A DNA stretch of 63,071 bases, the filler included. It is 4 parts of 4 records of this genome, joined end to end, with 100 filler letters (N's around TTAATTAATTAA, not from the genome) between each part and the next. Parts side by side here need not be neighbours in the genome. Positions count along the whole stretch, not along the records: positions 24,334 to 46,435 come from SRR20825006_993; positions 46,536 to 57,546 come from SRR20825006_1002; 2 more parts are not named here. One strand, 5' to 3'. The notes beneath the pieces are model-generated. The model was not told where the DNA came from, made no database searches, and was given only the letters and a program-made list of their open reading frames with translations. The translations under genes were made by a program, and so were the position numbers. Shown here in pieces: positions 40,130-50,558 of this stretch. Numbering within the stretch: the first letter of the stretch is position 1; each line of letters opens with the position of its first letter.

Positions 40130-41133
40130 TGAAAAGAAGACAATTTATACAACAATCTGCTTTAGGAACAGTAGGACTTGCAGTTGCAGGTGCAGCAATA
40201 TCTTGTGATGAACAAAATTTGAATAAAGAAATGAGTATACCCCAAAAAGAAACATTAAAAAAATCTGGACCAATTGCTATTTGCACTTGGGGATTTGTTG
40301 ATGCAAATAAAACTGCAGGTCAATTCTTAGATGCTGGAAAACCTGCTTTAGATGCTGTTATTGCTGGCGTACAAGTAGAGGAAGATGATATTAAAAACAC
40401 AACTGTAGGAAAAGGTGGTGCGCCAGACAGATATGGCGAAGTAACTCTAGATGCTTGCGTAATGAATCCAGATGGAGATTGTGGTGCTGTGGTATATGTT
40501 AAAGATTATGCGCACGTAGCACAATTAGCACGTATTGTAATGGAGGAAACACCACACGTGATGTTAGCTGGAGAAGGCGCAGAAGAATTGGCAGAGCGTT
40601 ATGGGTTTAAAAAAGACACCTTGTTAACAGAGCAGTCTGAAAAAGCGTATAAAGAATGGCTTAAAAGCCCAAAATATAAACCAATTATTAATATTGAAAA
40701 TCACGACACGATAGGACTGTTGGCTATTGATAAATTTGGAGACATTGCAGGTGCGTGCACAACTAGTGGATTAAGCTACAAAATGAAAGGTAGAGTAGGA
40801 GATAGTGCCATTATTGGAAGCGGACTTTTCTTAGATAATGAAATAGGAGGTGCAGTAGCCACAGGAATGGGAGAGGAAATAATGAAAACAGTTGGTAGCT
40901 TTTTAATAGTAGAGCTTATGAGGCAAGGTAAAACACCTCAAGAAGCTTGTGATGAAGCCGTAAAACGTGTTATTGAAAGAAATCCGAATTATAAAAACTT
41001 TCAGGTAGCTTATATTGCTTTAGATAAACAAGGAAATACTGGTGGCGCCTGTATTCATAAAGGCTTTACTTACGAGAAGTATGAAAATGAAGAAAATACT
41101 AGAGTACAACCTTCACATATTTTAAACGATTAA
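40129..41133 (+). CDS. N(4)-(beta-N-acetylglucosaminyl)-L-asparaginase (glycosylasparaginase, Ntn hydrolase)
   Basis: Tat signal KRRQFIQ; NHD/TIG autocleavage site; TTSG, GRVGDS, ATGMGE. Confidence 0.9.
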   Translation: MKRRQFIQQSALGTVGLAVAGAAISCDEQNLNKEMSIPQKETLKKSGPIAICTWGFVDANKTAGQFLDAGKPALDAVIAGVQVEEDDIKNTTVGKGGAPDRYGEVTLDACVMNPDGDCGAVVYVKDYAHVAQLARIVMEETPHVMLAGEGAEELAERYGFKKDTLLTEQSEKAYKEWLKSPKYKPIINIENHDTIGLLAIDKFGDIAGACTTSGLSYKMKGRVGDSAIIGSGLFLDNEIGGAVATGMGEEIMKTVGSFLIVELMRQGKTPQEACDEAVKRVIERNPNYKNFQVAYIALDKQGNTGGACIHKGFTYEKYENEENTRVQPSHILND

Positions 41134-41139
41134 TTTAAG

Positions 41140-42462
41140 ATGAGCAATAACGCAGGAAGCAAAAGAGCATTTGCAATAATTACAACTCTCTTTTTTTTAT
41201 GGGGCTTTATCACTGTCCTTGTAGATTCATTAATACCAAGACTAAAAGATGTTTTTGAGTTATCTTACTTTCAGGCTGGCTTGGTACAATTTGCATTTTT
41301 TCTTGCGTACTTCATATTCTCAATTCCAGCAGGATCTATACTTGCAAGGATAGGATACAAAAAAGGAATAATTCTTGGCTTACTAACTATGGCATTTGGA
41401 TGCTTGCTCTTTTATCCTGCATCTGAGTATCGCATATTTAATGTGTTTTTACTTGGGTACTTTATTTTAGCAGCAGGTATAACTGTACTTCAAGTTGCTG
41501 CAAACCCTTATGTAAGTTTATTGGGTAGTGAGCAAGGTGCTTCCAGCAGGCTTAATTTGGCTCAAGCTTTTAATTCTTTAGGAACTACAATTGCGCCAAT
41601 AATTGGTGCACTTTTTTTATTGAGTGAGACTGTAAAAACATCAACAGAGATTAATGCCCTTAGTTTTCAGGAAAAAGTAAATTATTTAACTGCAGAGGCA
41701 GCTACTGTACAGACACCGTTCCTAACTATTGCTGCTATTATTGGAGTGTTAGCTGTGGTTTTTATGATTGTGAAACTACCAACAATTATGGAGAAAAGTC
41801 CAAAAGGTGGTTATTCTAAGCTGTTTAAAAACAAGCTTGCATTAATGGGTGTTCTAGGCATATTTTTATACGTAGGAGCAGAAGTTGCTATAGGAAGTTA
41901 TTTGGTAAACTACTTTCAAAGTATGAGGTTAACACCTATAATATTAGAAAATGAAACTATGATGGCAATTGCTAATACCATTACCAATGTATTTAACAAA
42001 GACCTTTCTGTTTCAGACTCTAAATCATTATTAGGGATATTTGTGATTTTTTATTGGGGTGGCGCAATGATAGGTAGGTTTATTGGTGCATATTTAACCA
42101 AATTAATTACGCCAGGTAAGGTGTTAGGTGTGTTTTCTTTTCTTGCCATACTTATGATTTTTACATCTATGAATACGTTAGGACTACTTTCAATGTGGAC
42201 AATATTATCTGTAGGATTATTCAATTCAATAATGTTCCCGACAATTTTCACATTAACCTTAGATGGATTAGGAGATTTAAAGCCTCAGGCGTCAGGATTA
42301 CTTTGTACCGCAATAGTTGGTGGTGCTATAATTCCGCCTTTATACGGCTTCTTAACAGATCAATTTCATTTTAAATTAGCACTTCTCCTTATTGTATTGT
42401 GCTATGCTTATATTCTTTACTTTGGCTGGATAAAAAGTAAAGTCTCTGTAAGAATAGTGTGA
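41140..42462 (+). CDS. FucP/GluP-family MFS sugar transporter
   Basis: LFFLWGF, LQVAANPYV, RLNLAQAFNSLGT, YVGAEV, NSIMFPTIF, AIVGGA. Confidence 0.93.
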   Translation: MSNNAGSKRAFAIITTLFFLWGFITVLVDSLIPRLKDVFELSYFQAGLVQFAFFLAYFIFSIPAGSILARIGYKKGIILGLLTMAFGCLLFYPASEYRIFNVFLLGYFILAAGITVLQVAANPYVSLLGSEQGASSRLNLAQAFNSLGTTIAPIIGALFLLSETVKTSTEINALSFQEKVNYLTAEAATVQTPFLTIAAIIGVLAVVFMIVKLPTIMEKSPKGGYSKLFKNKLALMGVLGIFLYVGAEVAIGSYLVNYFQSMRLTPIILENETMMAIANTITNVFNKDLSVSDSKSLLGIFVIFYWGGAMIGRFIGAYLTKLITPGKVLGVFSFLAILMIFTSMNTLGLLSMWTILSVGLFNSIMFPTIFTLTLDGLGDLKPQASGLLCTAIVGGAIIPPLYGFLTDQFHFKLALLLIVLCYAYILYFGWIKSKVSVRIV

Positions 42463-42555
42463 AATTGTTAAAATAAGTTAAAACAATTGCACTTCGTAGA
42501 TAATATATGTTTTTCAACTATATTCACTTTCTCAAAAAGCTAAAATCTTTATTAA

Positions 42556-43275
42556 GTGAATATAAATTACGCTCTAATAGTCTCTATTTTTCTTTCGATT
42601 GGTTCGCTTTCTGCCCAAAATTCTTCAACAAGAACCAAAGCATTACAACAACACGATCAACTTTTAGGTCAACAAAATATTAACCTGCTTGAAGGTGTTA
42701 ATTTTGAAGATGAATATAGAAGTAATGCAAATGAACATAGGTACTTTAAAGAATTACAATACCAGTTGGGAGAAGTATCCTATAACAACCAATCCTATCA
42801 AGATGTTTACCTAAGGTATGATTTAATAGAAGATGTGTTATTGGTTAACACAAAAGATAATCTTTCTTATTTTGACCTTAAGCTTATACCTTCTAAGGTT
42901 ACAGAATTTAAAATTCACAACACCTCATTTGTTAAGCTACCTGTTATAAATGATGGCAATTCGTTTTATGAAGTTGCCTATCTCGGTAATCACTATAATT
43001 TTTATGTAGACCTAAGAAAAACACCTAAATCTGTATTAGGAAACAGTTCTTTAGTAAGTTATAAATTTATTGAAGGATTTACCTTCTTATTAAACTACAA
43101 TAATGAGTTTATTGAAGTTTCTAACCATCGTGATTTTATAAAACTATTTCCAGACTTAGAAAAGCAGATTAAAGACTATAATAAAGCCAACAAATCTTTA
43201 AGAAAATCTGATGAAAAGGCATACCTAGTAAACCTAGCTAGGTTTATAGACAAAAGACTCACTACAATTAATTAG
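42556..43275 (+). CDS. Hypothetical secreted protein upstream of a TonB receptor
   Basis: Signal peptide, G.V.Y....Y..V.LRYDL..D motif; GTG start; 14 nt before the receptor gene. Confidence 0.7.
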   Translation: MNINYALIVSIFLSIGSLSAQNSSTRTKALQQHDQLLGQQNINLLEGVNFEDEYRSNANEHRYFKELQYQLGEVSYNNQSYQDVYLRYDLIEDVLLVNTKDNLSYFDLKLIPSKVTEFKIHNTSFVKLPVINDGNSFYEVAYLGNHYNFYVDLRKTPKSVLGNSSLVSYKFIEGFTFLLNYNNEFIEVSNHRDFIKLFPDLEKQIKDYNKANKSLRKSDEKAYLVNLARFIDKRLTTIN

Positions 43276-43289
43276 CAGACCACTACTTT

Positions 43290-46043
43290 ATGAATCAGTT
43301 TTTACGAAAACTTATAGTGTTTTTAGTAATATTATTTGCTGTTAACCTACAAGCTCAAGACAAAAAAGAAATAACCTTTACCGCTGTAAACGAGCCAATT
43401 TTAGACATTCTGTCTGAAATTGAAGCACAGTTTAATGTTCAGTTTTATGTAATTGAAGATTGGATAAAAGACCAAAAGACAAGTGTTGTAAAAGACACAT
43501 ATACTTTAGAGGCATTACTTAAAGAGGTTTTAGATGATACACCTTTAAATTTTTACAAATACTCAGAAGATAAAGTTGTTTTGATAAAAAACAACTCTAT
43601 AGTAAGTGAACTGCCTAAAGGCTTTGTTGTAGATAGTTTAAAGCGAAACAACACACAAGCAAATCCCATTTTTGCTGAAGAGTTTAACCAAGACATTACA
43701 GATGGAAATGTTATTACAATTGGAAAAAGATCTTCTGCTAGAGTTGGTAGTGAGTATGAGCTAACAGGTTATATAAGAGACTCTAAAACAAACGCAGGTA
43801 TAGATAATTTGGTTATTTCTGCTAATGATAAATCTATTTATACTACTACAGATGCTAACGGATTTTATACCTTAAGGTTACCAGCAGGTCAACATAGGGT
43901 AGAAACTTCAGGATTAGGATATGGTTTAGAGTCTAAAACAATAGTACTGTATGGTAGTGGTTCTTTAAATTTTAATTTAGTTGAAGATGCTCAGCTTTTA
44001 AAAGAAGTTATTATTGAGTCTAATAAAAGTGAAAATATTAGAGAAGCAACCGTTGGTATTTCCAGAATTAACTTAAAGGAAATAAAAACTATTCCATTAG
44101 TATTGGGAGAAAGAGACGTACTTAAAGTAGCAGTAACATTACCAGGAATACAAAAAGCAGGTGAAGGCTCTATAGGTTACAATGTTCGTGGAGGTAGAGC
44201 AGATCAAAACTTAATTTTATTAGATGATGCTGTTATTTATTCACCATCTCACTTTTTAGGATTTTTCTCAGGAATTAACCCGTTTACAACAGGATCTGTA
44301 GATATTTATAAGGGAAACATTCCAGCAGAGTTTGGAGGTCGTTTGTCTTCTGTTTTCGATATTGAAACAAAAGCTGGTAATAAAGAAAAGATTTCTGGAG
44401 AAGGATCAATTGGTCCAGTAACAGGTAACTTAACATTAGAGGTGCCTGTTGTAAAAGATAGATCGTCTATACTTGTAGGAGGTAGAGCAACCTATTCTGG
44501 CTGGATATTAAGATCACTTTCTGAAGAATCTTTAAAAGATAGTGAAGCTTCATTTTACGATGGTATCATTAATTATAATGATAAGATTAACGACAAGCAC
44601 CAAGTAAAAGCATCTGTATATTATAGTGATGATAAATTTAGTATTACATCAGATTCTTTATATAGGTATAATAATGCATTAGCTTCAGTAAACTATACAC
44701 ATCAATGGAATGATAAGAAGAAAGGCGAATTAATTCTTTCTCACAGTAACTATCAATTCGAAATAGATTTTGATGCCAATAGTGATAAAGACTTCTTGTT
44801 TGATTATACCATAAATGAATCTCAGTTAAAATATAACCTTAACCATAAAATAGATCCTAAGCATACCTTATTATATGGTGGTGCTGCAAAATACTATAAT
44901 ATAGATCCAGGTAATATTGAAGGTAAAGGAGAAAGCTCGACAATTCAGCCTTTATCCATACAAAGTGAACGGGCTGTGGAGTCTGCTATCTTTTTATCTG
45001 ATGAGTATGAGGTTAATAAGAAGCTTCAGTTAAATTTAGGATTACGTTATTCTCACTATGCAAACCTAGGTCCATCTGTACAACGTGAATACCAAGATGG
45101 AGCGCCTAAAAATGAAAGTACAGTAGTAAGTGAAAACACATATGATGATAATGAAGTTGTAGAAACTTATGGTGGTTTAGAATACCGCTTTTCTGGACGT
45201 TATTTCCTTACGCCAGAGCTATCTTTAAAAGCTGGTTATAATAGGACATTGCAATACATACACTTGCTGTCTAGCAACACCACAATATCTCCTACAGATA
45301 CTTACAAGCTTTCAGACTTAAATATAAAGCCTCAAAAAGCCTCTCAATTTTCTTTAGGAGTTTTTAGAAACTTTGATGATCAGGACTTGGAAGTAAGTTT
45401 AGAAGGTTATTACAAATCTTTAGATGATATCTTAGATTATAAAACCGGCGCTAACCTTACATTAAATGAAAATATAGAAACAGAACTTTTGCAAGGTGAA
45501 GGTCAAGCTTATGGGGTTGAGTTCTTATTGAAAAAGAAAAAAGGTAATTTAAACGGGTATTTTGGGTATACTTATTCTAGAACCTTCATAAAATTAGATA
45601 GTGAAAATCCAGATGAGCGTGTAAATAATGGAGAGTATTTTCCAGCAAACTATGATAAGCCACACGATTTTTCTCTAGTTGCAAACTATAAAATAACACA
45701 GCGTTACAGTGTTTCATTTAATGCATCTTACCAAACAGGACGACCAATTACATATCCTGTAGGAAAATTTGAATTTGCAGGAGAAGAGCAAGTCGTGTAC
45801 AGTGATAGAAATGACTTTAGAATACCAGATTATTTTAGACTAGATATAGGATTTAATATAGAAGGTAATCATAAGAAAATGAAATTAGCTCACAGTTTCT
45901 GGAACATATCTATATACAATGTATTGGGTAGAAACAATCCATATTCTGTGTACTTTGTAAACGATAATAAGGAAATTAAAGCGTACCAAACATCTATTTT
46001 CTCTGTGCCAGTACCTACAATTACTTACAACTTTAAATTTTAA
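43290..46043 (+). CDS. TonB-dependent receptor with N-terminal extension and carboxypeptidase-regulatory-like domain
   Basis: LGERDVLK...LPG, NVRGGRADQNLILLD, PAEFGGRLSSV, RIPDYFRLD, C-terminal PTITYNFKF. Confidence 0.92.
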   Translation: MNQFLRKLIVFLVILFAVNLQAQDKKEITFTAVNEPILDILSEIEAQFNVQFYVIEDWIKDQKTSVVKDTYTLEALLKEVLDDTPLNFYKYSEDKVVLIKNNSIVSELPKGFVVDSLKRNNTQANPIFAEEFNQDITDGNVITIGKRSSARVGSEYELTGYIRDSKTNAGIDNLVISANDKSIYTTTDANGFYTLRLPAGQHRVETSGLGYGLESKTIVLYGSGSLNFNLVEDAQLLKEVIIESNKSENIREATVGISRINLKEIKTIPLVLGERDVLKVAVTLPGIQKAGEGSIGYNVRGGRADQNLILLDDAVIYSPSHFLGFFSGINPFTTGSVDIYKGNIPAEFGGRLSSVFDIETKAGNKEKISGEGSIGPVTGNLTLEVPVVKDRSSILVGGRATYSGWILRSLSEESLKDSEASFYDGIINYNDKINDKHQVKASVYYSDDKFSITSDSLYRYNNALASVNYTHQWNDKKKGELILSHSNYQFEIDFDANSDKDFLFDYTINESQLKYNLNHKIDPKHTLLYGGAAKYYNIDPGNIEGKGESSTIQPLSIQSERAVESAIFLSDEYEVNKKLQLNLGLRYSHYANLGPSVQREYQDGAPKNESTVVSENTYDDNEVVETYGGLEYRFSGRYFLTPELSLKAGYNRTLQYIHLLSSNTTISPTDTYKLSDLNIKPQKASQFSLGVFRNFDDQDLEVSLEGYYKSLDDILDYKTGANLTLNENIETELLQGEGQAYGVEFLLKKKKGNLNGYFGYTYSRTFIKLDSENPDERVNNGEYFPANYDKPHDFSLVANYKITQRYSVSFNASYQTGRPITYPVGKFEFAGEEQVVYSDRNDFRIPDYFRLDIGFNIEGNHKKMKLAHSFWNISIYNVLGRNNPYSVYFVNDNKEIKAYQTSIFSVPVPTITYNFKF

Positions 46044-46084
46044 GGATGTTTTTAAAACAAAGCATACCAGGAAAAATATATCTT

Positions 46085-46435
46085 ATGAAATTAAAAGAAA
46101 CATATACTAATTCACTTAAGCTAATTGCAGTTTTGGGAATACTTTTCTTAGGAATTAGTTGCCAAGATGAAATCCCATTAGAAACCTTCGACTTTGAAAC
46201 GTTGTTAGTGGTTGAAGCCACCTTAACCGATGTAGATGAGATACAACAAATAAAACTCTCTCAAACAGTTGAGCTTAACTCTCAAGAATCTGCATATGTA
46301 GATAATGCGAGTGTTGTTGTAACAGCATCTAATGGTCAAAGTTATTCATATACATATGATGTAGATGGTGTTTACGTCTCTACAGAAGCTTATGCAGCAC
46401 AGCAAGATTTAACCTATACATTAACAATAAATGTA
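46085..46435 (+). CDS. DUF4249-like lipoprotein, truncated at contig end
   Basis: Lipobox GISC, LLVVEATLTD..IKLS, YTLTI; follows the TonB receptor; alternative ATG at 46046. Confidence 0.75.
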
Positions 46436-46535
46436 NNNNNNNNNNNNNNNNNNNNNNNNNNNNNNNNNNNNNNNNNNNNTTAATTAATTAANNNNNNNNN
46501 NNNNNNNNNNNNNNNNNNNNNNNNNNNNNNNNNNN
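46436..46535. other. Artificial contig spacer
   Basis: 44 N + TTAATTAATTAA + 44 N; abrupt change in GC content and gene content across it. Confidence 0.98.
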
Positions 46536-46536
46536 G

Positions 46537-46716
46537 TTTATGCATCTGGGCTTTCATATCTACGATGTGGGGTTCCAGAGCCCGAATGTGGAAGCCGCAC
46601 GACCACTGGTTTACGCCACTGCGTTCCTGCTGGTCCTGATTATTATTGTGTTGAACCTGGCAGCGATTGGTATTCGTAATCGTCTGCGCGAAACCTATAA
46701 AGCAACTGAGAGTTAA
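46537..46716 (+). CDS. pstA: Phosphate ABC transporter permease PstA, C-terminal fragment
   Basis: Not in the ORF track; read manually: FMHLGFHIYDVGFQSPNVEAARPLVYATAFLLVLIIIVLNLAAIGIRNRLRETYKATES*, 3 nt before pstB. Confidence 0.9.
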   Translation, partial: FMHLGFHIYDVGFQSPNVEAARPLVYATAFLLVLIIIVLNLAAIGIRNRLRETYKATES

Positions 46717-46719
46717 CCC

Positions 46720-47562
46720 ATGCAAGCAGTCAACGAGCAAAAAAACGTGGCCCGTGGCATTGATATCGAATCCATGCAGCGGGGACCACGCGTCAACCTG
46801 GCAGATGAAACCACCTGTCTGGAAGTGAAAGACTTCAATCTTTTCTACGGCAACAAACAGGCGCTGCATGGCATCAATATGCAGATCCCGAAAAACCGTG
46901 TCACGGCCTTTATCGGCCCCAGTGGTTGTGGTAAATCGACACTGCTGCGCTGTTTCAACCGGATGAATGACCTGATTGATTCGGTCAAAATGGAAGGACA
47001 GCTGATCCTTGATGAGATGGAAATCAACTCACCGTCCGTCAACGTCGCCGATCTGCGGCGTCAGGTGGGGATGGTGTTTCAGAAGCCAAATCCCTTTCCC
47101 AAGTCGATTTATGAAAATGTGGCTTATGGTCTGCGTCTGCAGGGTGTGAATGATCGCGCCACACTGGATAAAGTGGTGGAACAGTCACTGAAAGGGGCTG
47201 CCCTGTGGGATGAGGTCAAGGATCGACTGCATGAGTCAGCCATGGGTATGTCCGGCGGTCAGCAGCAGCGTCTGGTGATTGCCCGTGCCATTGCGATTGA
47301 ACCGGAGGTCTTGTTGCTGGACGAACCGGCTTCGGCGCTGGATCCCTTGTCAACGCTGAAAATCGAAGAACTGATCTATGCGCTCAAGGAAAAATACACC
47401 ATCGTGATCGTTACCCACAATATGCAGCAGGCAGCGCGGGTATCGGATTACACCGCCTTTCTCTATATGGGCGAATTGATCGAGTTCGGCGCGACTGATG
47501 AGTTGTTTACCAACCCGTCCAAGAAACAGACAGAAGACTATATTACCGGTCGTTACGGTTAA
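46720..47562 (+). CDS. pstB: Phosphate ABC transporter ATPase
   Basis: [50 protein letters not shown]. Confidence 0.97.
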   Translation: MQAVNEQKNVARGIDIESMQRGPRVNLADETTCLEVKDFNLFYGNKQALHGINMQIPKNRVTAFIGPSGCGKSTLLRCFNRMNDLIDSVKMEGQLILDEMEINSPSVNVADLRRQVGMVFQKPNPFPKSIYENVAYGLRLQGVNDRATLDKVVEQSLKGAALWDEVKDRLHESAMGMSGGQQQRLVIARAIAIEPEVLLLDEPASALDPLSTLKIEELIYALKEKYTIVIVTHNMQQAARVSDYTAFLYMGELIEFGATDELFTNPSKKQTEDYITGRYG

Positions 47563-47580
47563 TGCCGGTACCAAGGAGAC

Positions 47581-48309
47581 ATGAAGATGGTAAGCAATAA
47601 TTCCCAACATATTTCTCAGCAGTTCGAAAATGAACTACAGGAAATCCGTTCCCGTGTGCTGGCGATGGGTGGACTGGTGGAGCAGCAGGTAGCCAATGCC
47701 ATGGAGGCTTTGATAACGGCGGATCCTGAAATGGCACGTGAAGTCATCAGTTTTGATGAACAGGTGAATGGGATGGAGATCGCCATTGATGAGGAATGCA
47801 TCCAGATCATCGCCCTGCGTCAGCCTACTGCCAGTGATTTAAGACTGGTGACCGGTATCGAGAAAACCATTACTGATCTGGAACGCATCGGTGATGAATC
47901 GGTCCGCATTGCGCGGATGGCGATCAACCTGTCGGAAAAGGATCGACCTAAACATAATTACCGTGAACTGCAAAGTCTCGGCAACCATGTTCGCGGCATG
48001 CTGCGCGATGCGCTCGATGCTTTTGCCCGCTTTGATGTGGAAATGGCACTGCGTGTGGCCAAGGAGGATCGCGAAGTCGATGCCGAATATGAAGGTATTC
48101 TGCGTCAGTTGATGACTTACATGATGGAAGACACCCGCCAGGTTAGCCGCGTGGTCGATATGATGTGGTCAGCGCGTTCTTTGGAGCGGATCGGTGATCA
48201 TGCGCACAACGTCTGTGAGCATATCATTTATCTGGTCGAGGGTAAGGACGTTCGTCACCTCAGTATCGAAAAGGCGGAAAAAGTCGTGAAAGGGGAGCCC
48301 ATCGACTGA
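47581..48309 (+). CDS. phoU: Phosphate signalling protein PhoU
   Basis: IALRQPTASDLR, DLERIGD, RSLERIGDHA.N.CE, GKDVRH. Confidence 0.97.
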   Translation: MKMVSNNSQHISQQFENELQEIRSRVLAMGGLVEQQVANAMEALITADPEMAREVISFDEQVNGMEIAIDEECIQIIALRQPTASDLRLVTGIEKTITDLERIGDESVRIARMAINLSEKDRPKHNYRELQSLGNHVRGMLRDALDAFARFDVEMALRVAKEDREVDAEYEGILRQLMTYMMEDTRQVSRVVDMMWSARSLERIGDHAHNVCEHIIYLVEGKDVRHLSIEKAEKVVKGEPID

Positions 48310-48339
48310 TGAGCCCACCTTGATTCTCTCTGCTTGTCT

Positions 48340-48370
48340 AGCCCGTATTATCTGATACGGGCTTTTTTTT
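48340..48370 (+). terminator. Intrinsic terminator after phoU
   Basis: AGCCCGTAT/ATACGGGCT stem followed by T7. Confidence 0.88.
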
Positions 48371-48419
48371 GCCGGGTGATTGTTTAACGCTACGGTGCTG
48401 GGGCAGAATAAGCAGAACC

Positions 48420-49940
48420 ATGACAGACGAATCCACACCTCAGCCGACTTCTCACGACGTACTCGCCGCTATCGATCTCGGCTCTAACAGCTTTCATATG
48501 ATTATTGCGCGCCTGCGTGATGGTCACTTTCAGGTTGTCGATCGTTTGCGCGAAATGGTGCAACTGCGTGCCGGCCTGGATAATGATAATTACCTGTCGC
48601 TGGAAGCCCAGGAGCGGGCGCTGGCCTGCCTCGAACGTTTCGGTGAACGCATCCGTCATTTACCCTTCGGTGATGTGCGGGTGGTCGGTACCAACACGCT
48701 TCGCATTGCGCACAATTCCCGCCGCTTTCTACGTCAGGCACGACTGGCGCTGGGTCACCCGATTGAAATCGTCACCGGTGAAGAGGAAGCCCGGCTGATT
48801 TATCTGGGCGTCGCCCATGCACTGGCGTTTGATAACAGTCGCCGGCTGGTGATGGATATCGGTGGTGGCAGCACCGAGTTTATTATCGGCGAAGGCTTTC
48901 AGGGACGGATGCGCGAAAGTCTGGAAATGGGCTGTGTCAGTTTTTCCCAGAAATATTTTGCTGACGGTCTGACACCGGCCAGTTCTATGCAGCGGGCGAT
49001 GCTGGCCGCAGCCAGACAAATCCGCACCATCCAGCGGCCTTATCGCCAGGCAGGCTGGAGTGAAGCCATCGGTGCTTCGGGTACCATCCGCTGCGTTGCC
49101 AATATCTGCAAAGAACAGGGCTGGGCTGATGATGGCGTCATCACCAATGAAGCACTGCAGAAAATGGTGCAGCATCTGATTGATGCCGGCAGTGTCGATG
49201 CTGCCGGTCTGCAGGGCCTGAGTGAAGAGCGCAGTAAGGTGATTACCGGCGGTCTGTGTATTCTGGCCGCGGCCTTTGACCGGCTGGGCATAGAAAAAAT
49301 GACCGTCTCCGATGGCGCACTGCGGGAAGGTTTGCTCTATGACCTGCTGGGCCGGATTCAGCATGATGATGAACGTGACCGTACCGTGGACGCACTGGCC
49401 CGACGCTATGATATCGATGAAGCGCATGCTGAACGCGTCAGCGTGATGGCAACTCAGCTGTTTGAGCAGGTGGCACGAGACTGGAAGCTAGACTACGATG
49501 AACTGCTGCACCGGCTGCAGTGGGCGTCCAAGTTGCATGAAGTGGGGCTGGCGATATCACATCACCAGTTTCATAAGCACTCCGCCTATCTGGTCGGGCA
49601 TTCGGATCTGCCCGGGTTTTCACGGGAAGAGCAGCAGGTGTTGTCAGTGATGGTCCGCGGCCAGCGACGTTCTTTCCCTAAGAAACATATCAAAAAATTG
49701 CCGGATGAATTACAGCTCAGTACCGAGCGGCTGACCGTATTGCTTAGGTTGGCGATGGTATTCAACCGTGGTCGTAGCGAACGCGCCGATACCTATCTGA
49801 AATTACGGATAGAAGGCAAAAAGCTGCTGCTCACGCTACCGCAGGACTGGCTCAAGGAGCATCCGTTGACCGAAGCCGATCTGGATCATGAGGCGGAGCA
49901 CCTGAAGAAAATTGATCTTAAACTGGTGGTAATCGCCTAG
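48420..49940 (+). CDS. ppx: Exopolyphosphatase (Ppx/GppA family)
   Basis: AAIDLGSNSFHM, GEEEARLIYLG, DIGGGSTE, GALREG, LHEVG HD-like domain; start placed at MTDES (48420). Confidence 0.93.
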   Translation: MTDESTPQPTSHDVLAAIDLGSNSFHMIIARLRDGHFQVVDRLREMVQLRAGLDNDNYLSLEAQERALACLERFGERIRHLPFGDVRVVGTNTLRIAHNSRRFLRQARLALGHPIEIVTGEEEARLIYLGVAHALAFDNSRRLVMDIGGGSTEFIIGEGFQGRMRESLEMGCVSFSQKYFADGLTPASSMQRAMLAAARQIRTIQRPYRQAGWSEAIGASGTIRCVANICKEQGWADDGVITNEALQKMVQHLIDAGSVDAAGLQGLSEERSKVITGGLCILAAAFDRLGIEKMTVSDGALREGLLYDLLGRIQHDDERDRTVDALARRYDIDEAHAERVSVMATQLFEQVARDWKLDYDELLHRLQWASKLHEVGLAISHHQFHKHSAYLVGHSDLPGFSREEQQVLSVMVRGQRRSFPKKHIKKLPDELQLSTERLTVLLRLAMVFNRGRSERADTYLKLRIEGKKLLLTLPQDWLKEHPLTEADLDHEAEHLKKIDLKLVVIA

Positions 49941-49991
49941 CCAGAACTCCGCCACTGTTCAGCAGTCACACTGGCATAGTGGAGGCTTACC

Positions 49992-50558
49992 ATGAAGTAC
50001 TTGATTCTGACCCTGTTTTTGCTGCTGGGACACGCTGTCCAGGCGCAGACCACGGCCATTGAAATACGCCACAGCAACGGTGACTTATTGACTATTCAGC
50101 GTCTTGCTGATGGTGAGGTGTGGGGCTCTTTGTTTCTCAGTGACCGGATGACGGCCAGTTTTGCCAGTCATGAGCTGATTGTGCTGCAGGTTGACGCCCA
50201 TCAACCCATCAAACTGGAGCAAGGCTTCCGCTCCTGCGGTGCACCGGCCCCCAAGCCACAGCAGGTGGTGTATCAGTTTGAACAGTCAGAATCGGAATGG
50301 GCGCTGAGTGGCAGCGAGGCGACCCGGCCTGATGTGCTGAAACTGCTGGGCTGGGATCGCGATCAATACCAGACTTTACACGCCGATCGTCGTCCTGAAG
50401 TGGTCGATTTCCCCCTCGACCCGGGGGAAAGCCTGAGTCAGCAGTTGCCCAGCGCTGGTCAGATCAGTTTCCGTTATGTCACTGATACCGGTGAGCTGCG
50501 CGAGTCAGTATTTCAACTCGCGCCGCACCAGCATATTCTTGAAGCACTAGTGCCCTGA
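49992..50558 (+). CDS. Hypothetical secreted protein
   Basis: GGAGG RBS, signal peptide ending AVQA; no family recognised. Confidence 0.7.
   Translation: MKYLILTLFLLLGHAVQAQTTAIEIRHSNGDLLTIQRLADGEVWGSLFLSDRMTASFASHELIVLQVDAHQPIKLEQGFRSCGAPAPKPQQVVYQFEQSESEWALSGSEATRPDVLKLLGWDRDQYQTLHADRRPEVVDFPLDPGESLSQQLPSAGQISFRYVTDTGELRESVFQLAPHQHILEALVP

Noticed and set aside
14226-42462. GT22 mannosyltransferase and GH92/glycosylasparaginase as one glycan build-and-trim system
   Set aside because: They are on different contigs separated by a spacer; no linkage evidence.
46480-46869. 129-aa minus-strand ORF, and the X-containing tails of ORFs 20386, 46046, 57340 and 57416
   Set aside because: They run into N spacers and end at linker stops; the 46480 ORF is antisense to pstA/pstB.
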